DNA of 43,639 bases from Bacillales bacterium UBA2253 (GTDB lineage Bacteria > Bacillota_I > Bacilli_A > ML615J-28 > CAG-698), in contig DDXT01000071.1 in assembly GCA_002347755.1 (NCBI GenBank), forward strand, positions 1 to 43,639, written 5' to 3'. Of the stretch, positions 9,868-19,437 are shown piece by piece (within the stretch, counting starts at the first letter, position 1; the number at the start of each line of letters is the position of its first letter). The position numbers were made by a program, and so were the translations under genes. The notes under the pieces were generated by a model, which worked only from the letters and a program-made list of their open reading frames with translations, was not told the origin of the DNA and did no database searches.

Positions 9868-9962
9868 AAAAATCTTAAAAGAAGAAGAAAAGACGGGTTT
9901 AAAAATAATAAAAAAAATCTCCGAGACAAGTCGTCAAGGAGAATTTTTTCTTTGATTTTGGT

Positions 9963-10439
9963 TCATTGATTATTTCCGCTTTTCGGATACAAGAGTTCAA
10001 AGTCCTGAAAGACCACGTTCGTGTCTTTGGTAAATTCGTAGCCGAGTTCCTGGCCCTCTCTCACCAATGAATCCCAATGATTTTTTTGCCAAGTCTCCAG
10101 GCATTCGTCCTCCCCTTCGCGGGAACAGATTTCAAAGTTAACCTCGCGTTACGGGAGGATGGTGATCTTGGTATTTCTGATTATCGCCATGGGATTTCCA
10201 TACCAATCGATGATGACCGAATATCCGCCCACCGCCGGAAGGGGAGCTTTTTCAATTTCAAAGGCCCGAAGGCAGGAGGTGGTGGCTCTCTTCTTTCCGG
10301 AGCGAACCAGTTCCGCAAGTTTTTTCGCAATCTCCGGAGTCCATCCAAACGCAAAAACATCTTCGCATTTGGTCGTTTTCGGAAGATTCTCCGCACTTAA
10401 GAATTGTTTCCAAAACGCTTTGGCTTTTTCATTCTTCAT
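9963..10439 (-). pseudogene. ASCH-domain protein gene interrupted by a single in-frame TAA
   Basis: The tracked 96-aa ORF (...GKKRATTSCLRAFEIEKAPLPAVGGYSVIIDWYGNPMAIIRNTKITILP) stops at TAA 10149-10151. The same frame continues without a further stop as REVNFEICSREGEDECLETWQKNHWDSLVREGQELGYEFTKDTNVVFQDFELLYPKSGNNQ to TGA 9963-9965. The joined length of about 157 aa and the EGE...W..H motif fit a complete ASCH domain. Confidence 0.7.
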
Positions 10440-10449
10440 GATTGTTTAC

Positions 10450-10587
10450 TTAATCTTCGTTGTGCGGTTCTTCTTTCGGAGCTGGGACGTTCTTCCGTTT
10501 CTTTTGCATTCTTTGAAAAAGGACCACTTTCAGGATTCCCGCCGCAACCACGATCGCTCCGATCAAGACCCAATAATACCATTCCAT
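10450..10587 (-). CDS. Small (45 aa) single-pass membrane protein, absent from the ORF track
   Basis: A GGAGG Shine-Dalgarno 6 nt upstream of ATG 10587. The product is MEWYYWVLIGAIVVAAGILKVVLFQRMQKKRKNVPAPKEEPHNED, with TAA at 10450-10452. It fits tightly between the ABC-2 permease and the ASCH gene. Confidence 0.55.
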   Translation of the reverse strand: MEWYYWVLIGAIVVAAGILKVVLFQRMQKKRKNVPAPKEEPHNED

Positions 10588-10597
10588 GATTTACCTC

Positions 10598-11398
10598 CTA
10601 ACTGCTTTTTTTAATCAGCATTCGCAAAGCGAAAACGGTGATGATCAGCTGATAGACCACCCCAATTGCCATATATCCGTAGTAGCCGAGATTGGCCGCA
10701 TTCACATTGTTGGTAGCCAGATTGAGCATGGCTTTCAACGGCCAAAAATTGGGGGTGATTCCCAAAACGTACTGCCATCCGCCCTGAAGTTCGGGGATCA
10801 GCGTCAAAGCCGGGATCATGATGAACAAGGCTCCCCCCTTCATCATGGCGAATCCTTCGATCTTGTTCTTCGCAAATCCCCCCACGATCGAGGCCACCAC
10901 CGGAACCAAAAAACTGTTGACCAAAGCAAAAACGATGATCCGCCCAAAATCAAGATTGTCCAACAACCCGACCGTCTGGGTGCCGATGGTGACAACGTAT
11001 TTATCGCTGGCCAGCAGTTTCAGCCCGCCGACCATGATTAGATTTCCCAGAAAAGAGAGCACATAAGTATAGATCACTTTGAACATGACATATCCCGAAA
11101 CCGTGATCGGCGTGACCGAAATGTTCAGGATGGTCTTTTCATCCCGGTTCTCCAAAAGCGAAAAACCAAGCATCGCCCCCATGACGTAACCCCCGACTCC
11201 CAAAAGCACCACAAAAGCGATCAAAAGCGCAATGGCCGTGCCGGAGGAATTCCCGGCTCCGGTTTTTTCGATGATCGCAGGCAGAAGAAAAGCCGTGATG
11301 AACAGCATCAAAAACGGATAAAAAAGCATGAAAACATTCATTCTTTCTTTGACGATGGTTTTGAATTCATAACCAAGAAGACTTAGATATTTTTTCAT
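10598..11398 (-). CDS. ABC-2-type transporter permease
   Basis: 266-aa polytopic membrane ORF directly downstream of the ABC ATPase and the first permease. Confidence 0.65.
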   Translation of the reverse strand: MKKYLSLLGYEFKTIVKERMNVFMLFYPFLMLFITAFLLPAIIEKTGAGNSSGTAIALLIAFVVLLGVGGYVMGAMLGFSLLENRDEKTILNISVTPITVSGYVMFKVIYTYVLSFLGNLIMVGGLKLLASDKYVVTIGTQTVGLLDNLDFGRIIVFALVNSFLVPVVASIVGGFAKNKIEGFAMMKGGALFIMIPALTLIPELQGGWQYVLGITPNFWPLKAMLNLATNNVNAANLGYYGYMAIGVVYQLIITVFALRMLIKKSS

Positions 11399-11401
11399 TG
11401 T

Positions 11402-12118
11402 TCATCCCTCAATGACGATTTTTTTGTATTTTTTATAAACCACCAGCGGGAAAAGGAGTCCGCCCACGGCCAACAGATACCCGACTGACCAGAGGATCTC
11501 CCCAAGCGGCTGGTCTGAAAAACCGCTGTTGATCAGGATCTGGGCGCAGTGCGATGGTGAGATCAGCATGACCAGATTCCATTTCTCGGGAATGACTCCC
11601 AAAGTCAAAAGCAAAGACGGAATCAAAGCTACCAAGGCATACAAGAAATAATTGACGATCATCGTTCCGAAATCCTTGCTGTAAAAAGTGATCACGAAGC
11701 CGATGGCTACATGACTGCCGATCACGATCAGTATGCAAAGCAGCAGCCATAACAACTGTACTTCGATCCCGTAAAAAATGATGGAAAAGATTACCACCAG
11801 AAGGCCGGACATTGCCCCCATCAAAAGCGAAGAAATGACTTTCGAGATCAAGATCTCGCTGATGGAAACCGGCGCCACCAAAACCGATTTGATGGTCGCT
11901 TCCTGTTTTTCAAAATAAAACGAAGCCGCCACGAAGATGATGCTCATCATGGAAGCATCCGCCCAGATCAACAGCGGCGCAATCATCTGCGCCGTGTCCG
12001 CGCTGGACAGAGCCACGATGACGATCCAAATGACGGATAGGAATAATCCGGTTACAATGATCTTGTATTTGTACAGCCGGACCAGTTCGCCTTTGAGAAG
12101 GTTAATCATTCTTCGCAT
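11402..12118 (-). CDS. ABC-2-type transporter permease
   Basis: 238-aa polytopic membrane ORF whose start overlaps the end of the ATPase gene. Confidence 0.65.
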   Translation of the reverse strand: MRRMINLLKGELVRLYKYKIIVTGLFLSVIWIVIVALSSADTAQMIAPLLIWADASMMSIIFVAASFYFEKQEATIKSVLVAPVSISEILISKVISSLLMGAMSGLLVVIFSIIFYGIEVQLLWLLLCILIVIGSHVAIGFVITFYSKDFGTMIVNYFLYALVALIPSLLLTLGVIPEKWNLVMLISPSHCAQILINSGFSDQPLGEILWSVGYLLAVGGLLFPLVVYKKYKKIVIEG

Positions 12119-12974
12119 CGGCTTGTCCTCCGGTAATGATGATGAAAATGTCTTCGAGCGAAGTTTCCCCGGAATGAATCGTTTCCAGTTTTTCTTCGTT
12201 CAGATCTTTCAAGAATTCCGGGTTCTTCCCCAAATTATCCATTGGGTAAATTTTGGAAGTCAGTTTTCCGTCATTCAGATATTCGGCTTTGACTTCTTTT
12301 TTTCCGTATTGCAGTTTCAAATCTCTTGGAGAAGCCATGGGACTAAGTTTTCCGTTGGTCATGAAAACCACTTGATCGCAAAGTTGTTCCACATCCCCCA
12401 TCAGATGAGTCGAGATCAAAACCGTTCCCCCCTGCTTTTGGAAATCAAGGATCAGGTTTTTGATTATTTTGGCGTTGCTCGGATCCAACCCGTTGGTCGG
12501 TTCATCCAAAAACAGGACTTTCGGATTGTTAAGCATGGCCCGGACGAAATTCAGACGGACTTTCATGCCCTTGGAAAATTGTCCGACCTCCATGTCTTTG
12601 GATTCATATAAACCGACGGTTCGGAGCAGTCCTTCGTAGTCCGCCTTGTTTTGGTAAAGGCTGGCAAAGTACTTCAGGTTTTCCATGGCCGTCAGTTTAT
12701 TGAAATGAACCGGCATTTCAAAACCAACCCCGATCCCCTCATAAAAATCTTTTTTATAAGTGCGAAGATCTTTCCCCATGAACTTGATCTCGCCTTGATA
12801 ATCCGTGATCAGTTTGGTCAGGATCTTTTGGGTCGTCGACTTCCCGGCCCCGCTGGGTCCGAGGATCCCAAAGATTGTCCCTTCTTCCACGAAAAAGGAA
12901 ATGTTTTGGATGGTTTGGTTTTGAGCTTTCGGATAACGGTATTCCAAATTGTTTATTTCAAAAAATTTATTCAT
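12102..12974 (-). CDS. ABC transporter ATP-binding protein
   Basis: Walker A GPSGAGKST, Walker B LFLDEPTNGLD, and the signature region FSKGMKVRL. 290 aa. Confidence 0.9.
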   Translation of the reverse strand: MNKFFEINNLEYRYPKAQNQTIQNISFFVEEGTIFGILGPSGAGKSTTQKILTKLITDYQGEIKFMGKDLRTYKKDFYEGIGVGFEMPVHFNKLTAMENLKYFASLYQNKADYEGLLRTVGLYESKDMEVGQFSKGMKVRLNFVRAMLNNPKVLFLDEPTNGLDPSNAKIIKNLILDFQKQGGTVLISTHLMGDVEQLCDQVVFMTNGKLSPMASPRDLKLQYGKKEVKAEYLNDGKLTSKIYPMDNLGKNPEFLKDLNEEKLETIHSGETSLEDIFIIITGGQADAKND

Positions 12975-13569
12975 GCTTTTCCATTCCTTTGATTACTATT
13001 TTTAGAAAATTGATGCTGGGTTCTTTGGCCGACTGAAGATTCTCCAAAGTCAGACCTTTTCGTAAAGTAGCCGTTTGCAGGCCTTCAATGGCATAACTGA
13101 TGTTTCTTAGCACATCCTCGCGAGAATATTCTTCCGAAAAACGGGTAAAATCGATCTCCGAAAAAAACCGGTTAACGCTTAAGGTGCGCAGTCCCGCCAC
13201 CGAACTTTGAATATCCGATTCCATACCTTTCGGGGGATTGGAAAGACCTTCCAAAAGCATTTTTGTTTCCCGGGGATGAGTCGAAGCAAACATTCCTTTC
13301 CAGAAGATGATCTCGATGATCTTCTCAAACGGATCCGTCTTTACGGGGAGGTCCGACTTCTCCAGTTCCGAAAGCAGTTTCTTGACTCCCCAGTCAATCA
13401 AATACAGATAAAGTTTTTTCTTGGAGGAAAAATACTTGAAAACCAATCCCTTGGATATTCCCGCTCTTTCGGAAATGATGTTCGTGGAGGAATTCTCATA
13501 CCCTTTTTCGCTGAATTCATTCAAAGCGGCTTGGATGATCCTCTCGGTCGTAAGTTGTTTTTTGCTCAT
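12967..13569 (-). CDS. TetR/AcrR-family transcriptional regulator
   Basis: Start chosen at ATG 13569, with GGTGA 4 nt upstream. The N-terminal TetR HTH is RIIQAALNEFSEKGYENSSTNIISERAGISKGLVFKYFSSKKKLY. The stop overlaps the ABC ATPase start. Confidence 0.85.
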   Translation of the reverse strand: MSKKQLTTERIIQAALNEFSEKGYENSSTNIISERAGISKGLVFKYFSSKKKLYLYLIDWGVKKLLSELEKSDLPVKTDPFEKIIEIIFWKGMFASTHPRETKMLLEGLSNPPKGMESDIQSSVAGLRTLSVNRFFSEIDFTRFSEEYSREDVLRNISYAIEGLQTATLRKGLTLENLQSAKEPSINFLKIVIKGMEKHE

Positions 13570-13590
13570 GATTTCACCTGCAACAAAAAT

Positions 13591-13610
13591 AAGTGACCAA
13601 GCGGTCACTT
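13591..13610. promoter_or_regulatory. Perfect palindrome AAGTGACC-AAGC-GGTCACTT: candidate TetR operator and/or terminator of the upstream phosphatase gene
   Basis: 8-bp inverted repeat 22-41 nt upstream of the TetR start codon. On the minus strand it is followed by ATTTTTGTTG and lies 47 nt downstream of the metallophosphatase stop. Confidence 0.45.
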
Positions 13611-13656
13611 ATATTATATAACTATTCCTTTGGCTGTCAAGCATAATTTCGACGGT

Positions 13657-15225
13657 TTATTTTCCATTCAGGACGACCGAGATGTTTTGGGGATCGGGTA
13701 CTCTGATTTCTTTTTGTTCGCGAATGTAATTGATCAAGAGTTCGGCGATGTCCATAGAGATCTCTTTAAGCACCGGCAGGCCCCGGTACATATGAAAATC
13801 CCCGCCTCCGGTGGCCCGATAATTGTTCATGACCAGCGAGAATTCTTGATCCGGAAGAATGTTTTGTCCGGCTCGGGACAGTTTTACGACCCGTCTGCCG
13901 ATTGGTTGGGAGATGTCAAAGGTATAATCGATCCCGTCAAACATGTCATAATTGTAATGTTCGGGTTTGGGGAAGCAGAACCTGGGATTGACGACGATCT
14001 TTCCGTTATCGATTGCAAAATACTCGGCGTTTTTTTCCAGCGCTTCCCGAAGCGCTTGACCGGTGATCTTGACCACCACCAGCGTGTTCGGATAAACATA
14101 GGTGCTTAAGATGTTGCGAATGGTGATGGTTTTATCAAATCCGGTGACATCGTTGCCCAGGGAAGTACAGCTGATCTGCGCTTGGCTGGCCCTCAGTTGC
14201 ACCAAATTGATGAGCGTCACGATCTTATGTTTGTATCTTCGGGCCGAAAATGGATCGGTGATGTGCAGGTCGTCATCCGGAACCACGCCGATGGTTCGGT
14301 CCAAAAACTTTTGGGTCTCGCTTTCAACATTGGCGATCAGTTCGGAGATGCGGGGATCGGGAGCATACCCGGCCGCGGAAAGCATGGCCGCTTTCATGGT
14401 TTTCACTTCCCACTGCTCGTTTTGTTCGAATTCGACTTCGACTTTCCCAACAAATTGAGCCGATCCGCCCGGCTGGGTCACGATGGTGTGGTTCTTTTTC
14501 TTGCAGATGATCCGGTGCTGATGCCCGGTCAGGACAATGTCAATTTCCGGGATCTTTTCCAGAATCTGAAAGCCGAGGTTTTCGCCGGTGTCGGCCACCA
14601 GTCTTTCCCCCGTATCCAGATCGCATTCCACCCCGCCGTGATAGCCGAGGATCATGAAGTCGGGATGGTGTTTTTCCTTAATCTCCGCCACGATTTCCTG
14701 GCATTTGGTCACCGCGTGCACAAATTGGAAACTCTTGATGTTTTCCGGGCTTTCCCAGTTGGGGATGTATTGCGTGGTTATGCCGATGACGGCGATCTTG
14801 GGGCCGCCTGGGAATTCTTTGATGTCATAGGCTTTTTCAAACAGCGGCTCTCCGGATTCGTTCAAGATGTTTCCGCAGAGCGTTCGGGCTTTCAGCGAAT
14901 GAATGAAATGTTCCAAATAACTCATGCCATAGTTGAAGTCATGGTTTCCCGGGACATAATAATCATAATCGATGTAATTGAAAACGGCCGCCACCGGATT
15001 GGGGTATTTATGCTGGTTGATCTGGTGAAAGTAAAGCAGGGGACTGCCCTGGATCGCATCGCCGGTATCAATGAGGATCGTATTTTTGGTCTTTTGGGAT
15101 TTGATGAGATTGGCGATGATGTTCATCCCCGAACTGACCCGAACATTATGGGAATAATCTTCGTTGAGAAGACAGCCATGGGTATCGCTGGTATGAAGAA
15201 TCGTGAGTTTGAATGATTTATCCAT
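13657..15225 (-). CDS. Bifunctional metallophosphatase/5'-nucleotidase (UshA/CpdB-like), with no signal peptide
   Basis: Calcineurin-like motifs HTSDTHG, GDAIQGS, GNHDFN and GHQH, with a C-terminal 5'-nucleotidase-type domain. Start taken at ATG 15225 (GGAGG 6 nt upstream). ATG 15243 is an alternative. Confidence 0.85.
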   Translation of the reverse strand: MDKSFKLTILHTSDTHGCLLNEDYSHNVRVSSGMNIIANLIKSQKTKNTILIDTGDAIQGSPLLYFHQINQHKYPNPVAAVFNYIDYDYYVPGNHDFNYGMSYLEHFIHSLKARTLCGNILNESGEPLFEKAYDIKEFPGGPKIAVIGITTQYIPNWESPENIKSFQFVHAVTKCQEIVAEIKEKHHPDFMILGYHGGVECDLDTGERLVADTGENLGFQILEKIPEIDIVLTGHQHRIICKKKNHTIVTQPGGSAQFVGKVEVEFEQNEQWEVKTMKAAMLSAAGYAPDPRISELIANVESETQKFLDRTIGVVPDDDLHITDPFSARRYKHKIVTLINLVQLRASQAQISCTSLGNDVTGFDKTITIRNILSTYVYPNTLVVVKITGQALREALEKNAEYFAIDNGKIVVNPRFCFPKPEHYNYDMFDGIDYTFDISQPIGRRVVKLSRAGQNILPDQEFSLVMNNYRATGGGDFHMYRGLPVLKEISMDIAELLINYIREQKEIRVPDPQNISVVLNGK

Positions 15226-15362
15226 GCCGGTCCTCCTCATCAAATATGTACCTCCTTAATGATATCACTTAAGAGGGTTATTGCCAATTATTTTTGATTT
15301 TTCTTTTTCAAAGAAAAAAGTTTTTGTTTTCCAAAAGCTTTTCAAAAATTTACATTGGTTTC

Positions 15363-17108
15363 TTAACTTCGGTTCAGGTTTTCCAAAGCCGTGAATTTTT
15401 GGTACCATTCATCGTTTTTGAGGAGCATTTCCGGGGATCCGGAATTTCTGACCCGCCCGTTTTCCAGGATGACGACCGTATCACAAGCCATCATCGAAGA
15501 CAACCGGTGGGAAATGGACAATATCGTATGCGTTTCTCCGGCTTTTTGCAAGACCGAGACGATCTTGTTTTCGGTGATCGAATCAAGATTGGCGGTAATT
15601 TCGTCAAGTAGCAGGATGGCGGGATCCGTCACGACCGCCCGCGCAATCGCCAGCAGTTGTTTTTGGCCCTGCGAGAACAAGGCTTCGCCTTTTACCGGCG
15701 TATCGAGTCCTTTTTCCAGGGAGTCAACGAATTCCAACATGCCAACGAAATCCAAGGCTTGGCGGATGCGTTCTTTGGAAATGCCTTCTTCTTGCATGCT
15801 GATCTGCTCGCCGATGGTGCCTCGGATCAACCGGAAGTTCTGATCAACATACCCGAATATCTTCCGCTTCTCGGAGTTCGGGATCAAACAAACATCAACG
15901 TCATTGATGGTGATGCTGCCTTCGAACGGCTTCAAAAGCCCCATGCATAACTTGAAGAGGGTGGTTTTTCCAACCCCGGTCCGGCCCACGAAAGTTACTT
16001 TTTCTTGCGGCTGGATGTTTAGATCAACATGGCTTAGGATCTCCGATCCCTCTTCATAATTGAAAGAAACATCGTTGAACTTTAGCGATACTTTTTGGCG
16101 GTCATGAATGATGTCCTCGGCTTTCAACTCGATCTGTTTCGGGGCTTCTTCTTCCTCATCGCAAAAGGCGTTCACTCTTTGGATCCCGGAAACGGATTGT
16201 TGAATGTTCTGCAGTTCGGTTCCGAAGTTTTCGATCGGAGCAAACAAGTCCGAGATCAGTTCGACCGAAGCCGCCACCATACCGATGGTGATGCCGATGA
16301 AGTTAAGGTCGGGAATCGCGAGCACGACGATCAAAGTGATGGCCAAAGCCCGGGTGATCTGAATGATCGGCGGAAAGATCGAATCAAAGAAATTGACTTT
16401 CTCGAGCGTGTTAAAGTTCTGCTTCAGATAACGCGTGTATTTTCTTTCCATGTAGGCTTCTTTGCTTCCGGATTTGATCATCAGCACGTTTTTCAGACTT
16501 TCGCTGATATGGTTGTTGACTTTCCCGACTTGGATCCGGTTTTGGATCTGCGCCTGCAGCGTCCGTTTCTGAACAAATCTCGTGATCAAAAAAATGATCG
16601 GGAGCAGCGCCAAGGCGATTAAGCCCAGCGTTTGATTGAACACAAAAACGGAGACGACGATGCCGATGATCTTCAGACAATCGATCAATAGTCCGATGAT
16701 GCCGGTCGTAAAAGTGGAGTTGATGGCTTCAACGTCATTGGTAAAACGCGAGACGACGTTCCCGGTCCCGTTCTTGGAGAAATAAAGGGCGTTGATTCGC
16801 TCGGCTTTTCGCATCATCGTCAGCCGGATCTCTTTGGAGACCTTTTGGCCGATGACGGTTAACAAGGCGGCCTTGAGAAAATCAAAGACCGCGATCAGTC
16901 CGACTGTGCCCAGATACAATAGCGCCAGATTCATTAATCCGTCCGGAGTTTTCGGAACCAAATTATCATCCACGATCCGCTTTAGGATCTGAGGAGGGAT
17001 CAAACTGGTAAGAACGACGCCGGCGATGACAATGGCCAGCATTAATAAAAGCAGCCAGTTCTTCTTAGAAACTCTTAGCGCTGCGCGGCTGACATGGTTA
17101 TAACGCAT
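15363..17108 (-). CDS. ABC exporter, fused permease and ATPase (heterodimer partner B)
   Basis: Six-TM N-terminal domain, Walker A GRTGVGKTT, signature FSQGQKQL, Walker B LLLDEITANLD. Start is ambiguous between ATG 17108 and GTG 17117 and overlaps the upstream partner. Confidence 0.85.
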   Translation of the reverse strand: MRYNHVSRAALRVSKKNWLLLLMLAIVIAGVVLTSLIPPQILKRIVDDNLVPKTPDGLMNLALLYLGTVGLIAVFDFLKAALLTVIGQKVSKEIRLTMMRKAERINALYFSKNGTGNVVSRFTNDVEAINSTFTTGIIGLLIDCLKIIGIVVSVFVFNQTLGLIALALLPIIFLITRFVQKRTLQAQIQNRIQVGKVNNHISESLKNVLMIKSGSKEAYMERKYTRYLKQNFNTLEKVNFFDSIFPPIIQITRALAITLIVVLAIPDLNFIGITIGMVAASVELISDLFAPIENFGTELQNIQQSVSGIQRVNAFCDEEEEAPKQIELKAEDIIHDRQKVSLKFNDVSFNYEEGSEILSHVDLNIQPQEKVTFVGRTGVGKTTLFKLCMGLLKPFEGSITINDVDVCLIPNSEKRKIFGYVDQNFRLIRGTIGEQISMQEEGISKERIRQALDFVGMLEFVDSLEKGLDTPVKGEALFSQGQKQLLAIARAVVTDPAILLLDEITANLDSITENKIVSVLQKAGETHTILSISHRLSSMMACDTVVILENGRVRNSGSPEMLLKNDEWYQKFTALENLNRS

Positions 17109-18843
17109 CGGATCCACCTTCTCCCAAGGCTTGAAGCCGATAAATGGATGAATAAAGCCGGGAACTCTTCAACAGTCCCTCATGCGTCCCGTACTCAGCC
17201 GTCTTGTCATTATCCAACAAGATGATCTGATTGGTTTTGGAAAAGACTGCCAACCGGTGCGAGATCAGAATGATCAGGCTTTCTTGATATCTGGATTTCA
17301 GATTCTTGATGATGGTCTGTTCGGTCTTCATGTCAATCGCCGAGAACGGATCGTCAAGGATGATGATCTTGGGTTTTTTCACCAAAGCGCGGGCCAAAGC
17401 GACCCGGGCTTGCTGGCCTCCGGATAAGCGGATCCCGGCGTTTCCGACCAAAGTTCCGCTTCCCTGCGGCATGTCTTTTAAATCTTCATCCAGGCAAACG
17501 TCTTTCAAGACCGGATCCAGGTCCAGTTCCTCTCCCAAAGCGATGTTTTCGTAAATGGTATCTGAAAAAAGCTGGGGCTGATGCCCAAGATAGGCGATCA
17601 TCGCGCTTCTTTCGTATTCGGAATATTCTTTTAGTTCTTTACCGTTGATCTTGATGCTTCCCGTATAGGGATACATTCCCGTCAAAGCCAACCCCAAGGT
17701 GGTTTTACCGGATGCGACCTGGCCGGTAATGCCGATGATCTCGCCTTGTTTTCCCGAGAAACTGATGTTGGAAATGACATCTTCAGCGGCCGGGTCGTAG
17801 CGCAGCGATAGACCGGAGGCTTCCAAGACCGTCTTTCCGCTTGGAAGGTCAAGCGTTTCGTCTTTGGCTACGTACTCGCCCAAATAGGGTTTGATCCGTT
17901 TCCAGGACACTTGGCTTTTTTGAACGGAATTGAACAGTTTCGAAGCCTTGCTGGCTTTTAGGGCCAAAGCGATGAACATCGTGCTGTAGGTGGAAAAGAC
18001 GCCGACGGTCCAACCACCTTCGATGGTCTTGTTTCCCCCGAGGTAAACGACGATCAAAATCCCGATCATCCCGATGGCATTGTAAATCGGCTGCATGGAG
18101 TTTTCGAGGATGTTGGCCTTGATGGCGCTGGTTTCCAAATCGTCAAGCTGCCGTTCGTATCTTTGGCGGTTCTTGGTTTCCATTCCGGTTACTCGGTACA
18201 GCATCGAATTATCGATCTGATCAAAAGTCAAATCGGCGACTTCGCCGCTTTTCTTGCGATAAGCGGAAGAGTATCGGTAAATGGTCTTTTTCAGCGCTTC
18301 AGCGAGCAGCATGGCCGCTGGCATGAACAATATCGATAGCAAGGTTATCTTGGCGTCGTAAGCAAACAAAACAATGACATATGAAACCATCAGGACCCCG
18401 GTGTCAAAGACTTCGGTCGAGAACTTTCTCATGCCTTCCACGCAGATGTCCACATCCGAAACCGCTCGGGTCATCAGATTCCCAGTGTTTTCTTTTTCCA
18501 GTTCCCCCGTGTTTTTGTGCATGATGAAATTGTAGATCATCCGTCTCATGGTCGCGATCGTCACATTGGCGAAACGGCGGATGAAGAACCGTTTAAAGTA
18601 ACGCATGAGCTGGATCCCCGCTACAAACAAAACGAAGAGCGCGGCGACTTTCAACACCGCATTCAAGGTTTCACCGGTTACGAGCGCATCGATCAGCTTT
18701 CCTTGCCAGATGGGAGAAAGAACCATGGCGCTGTTGAATGCCAACCCGAAGATGACAAACCCGGCCACGATGAATTTTTCTTTCTTCCAATAGTTGATGA
18801 TTTTATCAGGATGAACCATTGGTTCAATTAGTGCTTTTTTCAT
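17098..18843 (-). CDS. ABC exporter, fused permease and ATPase (heterodimer partner A)
   Basis: 581 aa. Walker A GQVASGKTT, signature LSGGQQARV, Walker B IILDDPFSAID. Confidence 0.85.
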   Translation of the reverse strand: MKKALIEPMVHPDKIINYWKKEKFIVAGFVIFGLAFNSAMVLSPIWQGKLIDALVTGETLNAVLKVAALFVLFVAGIQLMRYFKRFFIRRFANVTIATMRRMIYNFIMHKNTGELEKENTGNLMTRAVSDVDICVEGMRKFSTEVFDTGVLMVSYVIVLFAYDAKITLLSILFMPAAMLLAEALKKTIYRYSSAYRKKSGEVADLTFDQIDNSMLYRVTGMETKNRQRYERQLDDLETSAIKANILENSMQPIYNAIGMIGILIVVYLGGNKTIEGGWTVGVFSTYSTMFIALALKASKASKLFNSVQKSQVSWKRIKPYLGEYVAKDETLDLPSGKTVLEASGLSLRYDPAAEDVISNISFSGKQGEIIGITGQVASGKTTLGLALTGMYPYTGSIKINGKELKEYSEYERSAMIAYLGHQPQLFSDTIYENIALGEELDLDPVLKDVCLDEDLKDMPQGSGTLVGNAGIRLSGGQQARVALARALVKKPKIIILDDPFSAIDMKTEQTIIKNLKSRYQESLIILISHRLAVFSKTNQIILLDNDKTAEYGTHEGLLKSSRLYSSIYRLQALGEGGSDAL

Positions 18844-18868
18844 GCTTCGGCTCTTTCTTCTTTCGACT

Positions 18869-19303
18869 TCATGGTTGGTTTATTTCGTTCTCTTTTCGAA
18901 AATAGGAATATAAGGCGTCATACAGATGAAACTCCCTTTGCAGCGTTTCATGATCGTCTTTGGCGTTCATCCCGTAACCGCGCGCCAGTACTTCCAACGA
19001 AAAAGCCAAAGGGTTCTGATCAGCTTTCCCGGTATCCGCCATCCGGACGATTTCTTGGATCTTCTTAAGCGCCAAATCCCCGGTCAGTTTATATTTCTTC
19101 ATGATGGCATCAAAGGAGCACTCGTCCCCATGATGACCGAGTTCCACGCCTTTCATGTCAAAAGGGATCCCACCTTGGATCGTTTGGGGATCGGTATCCC
19201 GGGGAACGAAAACGAATTCGGCTTCTTTGTCAACGAAGTTCTTAATTAACCATGGACAAGCGACCCGGTCGACATGGACTTTTTCTCTGGTAACCCATTT
19301 CAT
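18869..19303 (-). CDS. ChrB-C-terminal-domain (chromate-resistance-like) protein
   Basis: 144 aa. MKWVTREKVHVDRVACPWLIKNFVDKEAEFVFV matches the conserved start of the Chrome_Resist/ChrB C-terminal domain as I recall it. GGAGGAA Shine-Dalgarno is present. Confidence 0.55.
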   Translation of the reverse strand: MKWVTREKVHVDRVACPWLIKNFVDKEAEFVFVPRDTDPQTIQGGIPFDMKGVELGHHGDECSFDAIMKKYKLTGDLALKKIQEIVRMADTGKADQNPLAFSLEVLARGYGMNAKDDHETLQREFHLYDALYSYFRKENEINQP

Positions 19304-19393
19304 ATTTCTTCCTCCGGTTATTTTGCATACTAAGATTATACTACTTTTTGCTTCGGAGATAAAGCATTATGACGCCTGGGGACTTCTGGCATC

Positions 19394-19422
19394 AAAAAAG
19401 CGGTGACGCTTTTTCACCGCTT
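19394..19422 (-). terminator. Rho-independent terminator after pmbA
   Basis: AAGCGGTGA-cgctttt-TCACCGCTT hairpin (19398-19422). On the minus strand it is followed by T6 (complement of A6 at 19394-19399), 16 nt past the pmbA stop. Confidence 0.75.
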
Positions 19423-19437
19423 TGCAAATTCGTTTTT

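Noticed and set aside
9795-9929. A 45-codon N-terminal extension of the lipoprotein ORF (MSRRFFLLFLNPSFLL...).
   Set aside because: The internal ATG 9794 has a GGAGA Shine-Dalgarno and begins a textbook lipoprotein signal peptide. The extension also overlaps a TTGCTT-18-TATAAT promoter.
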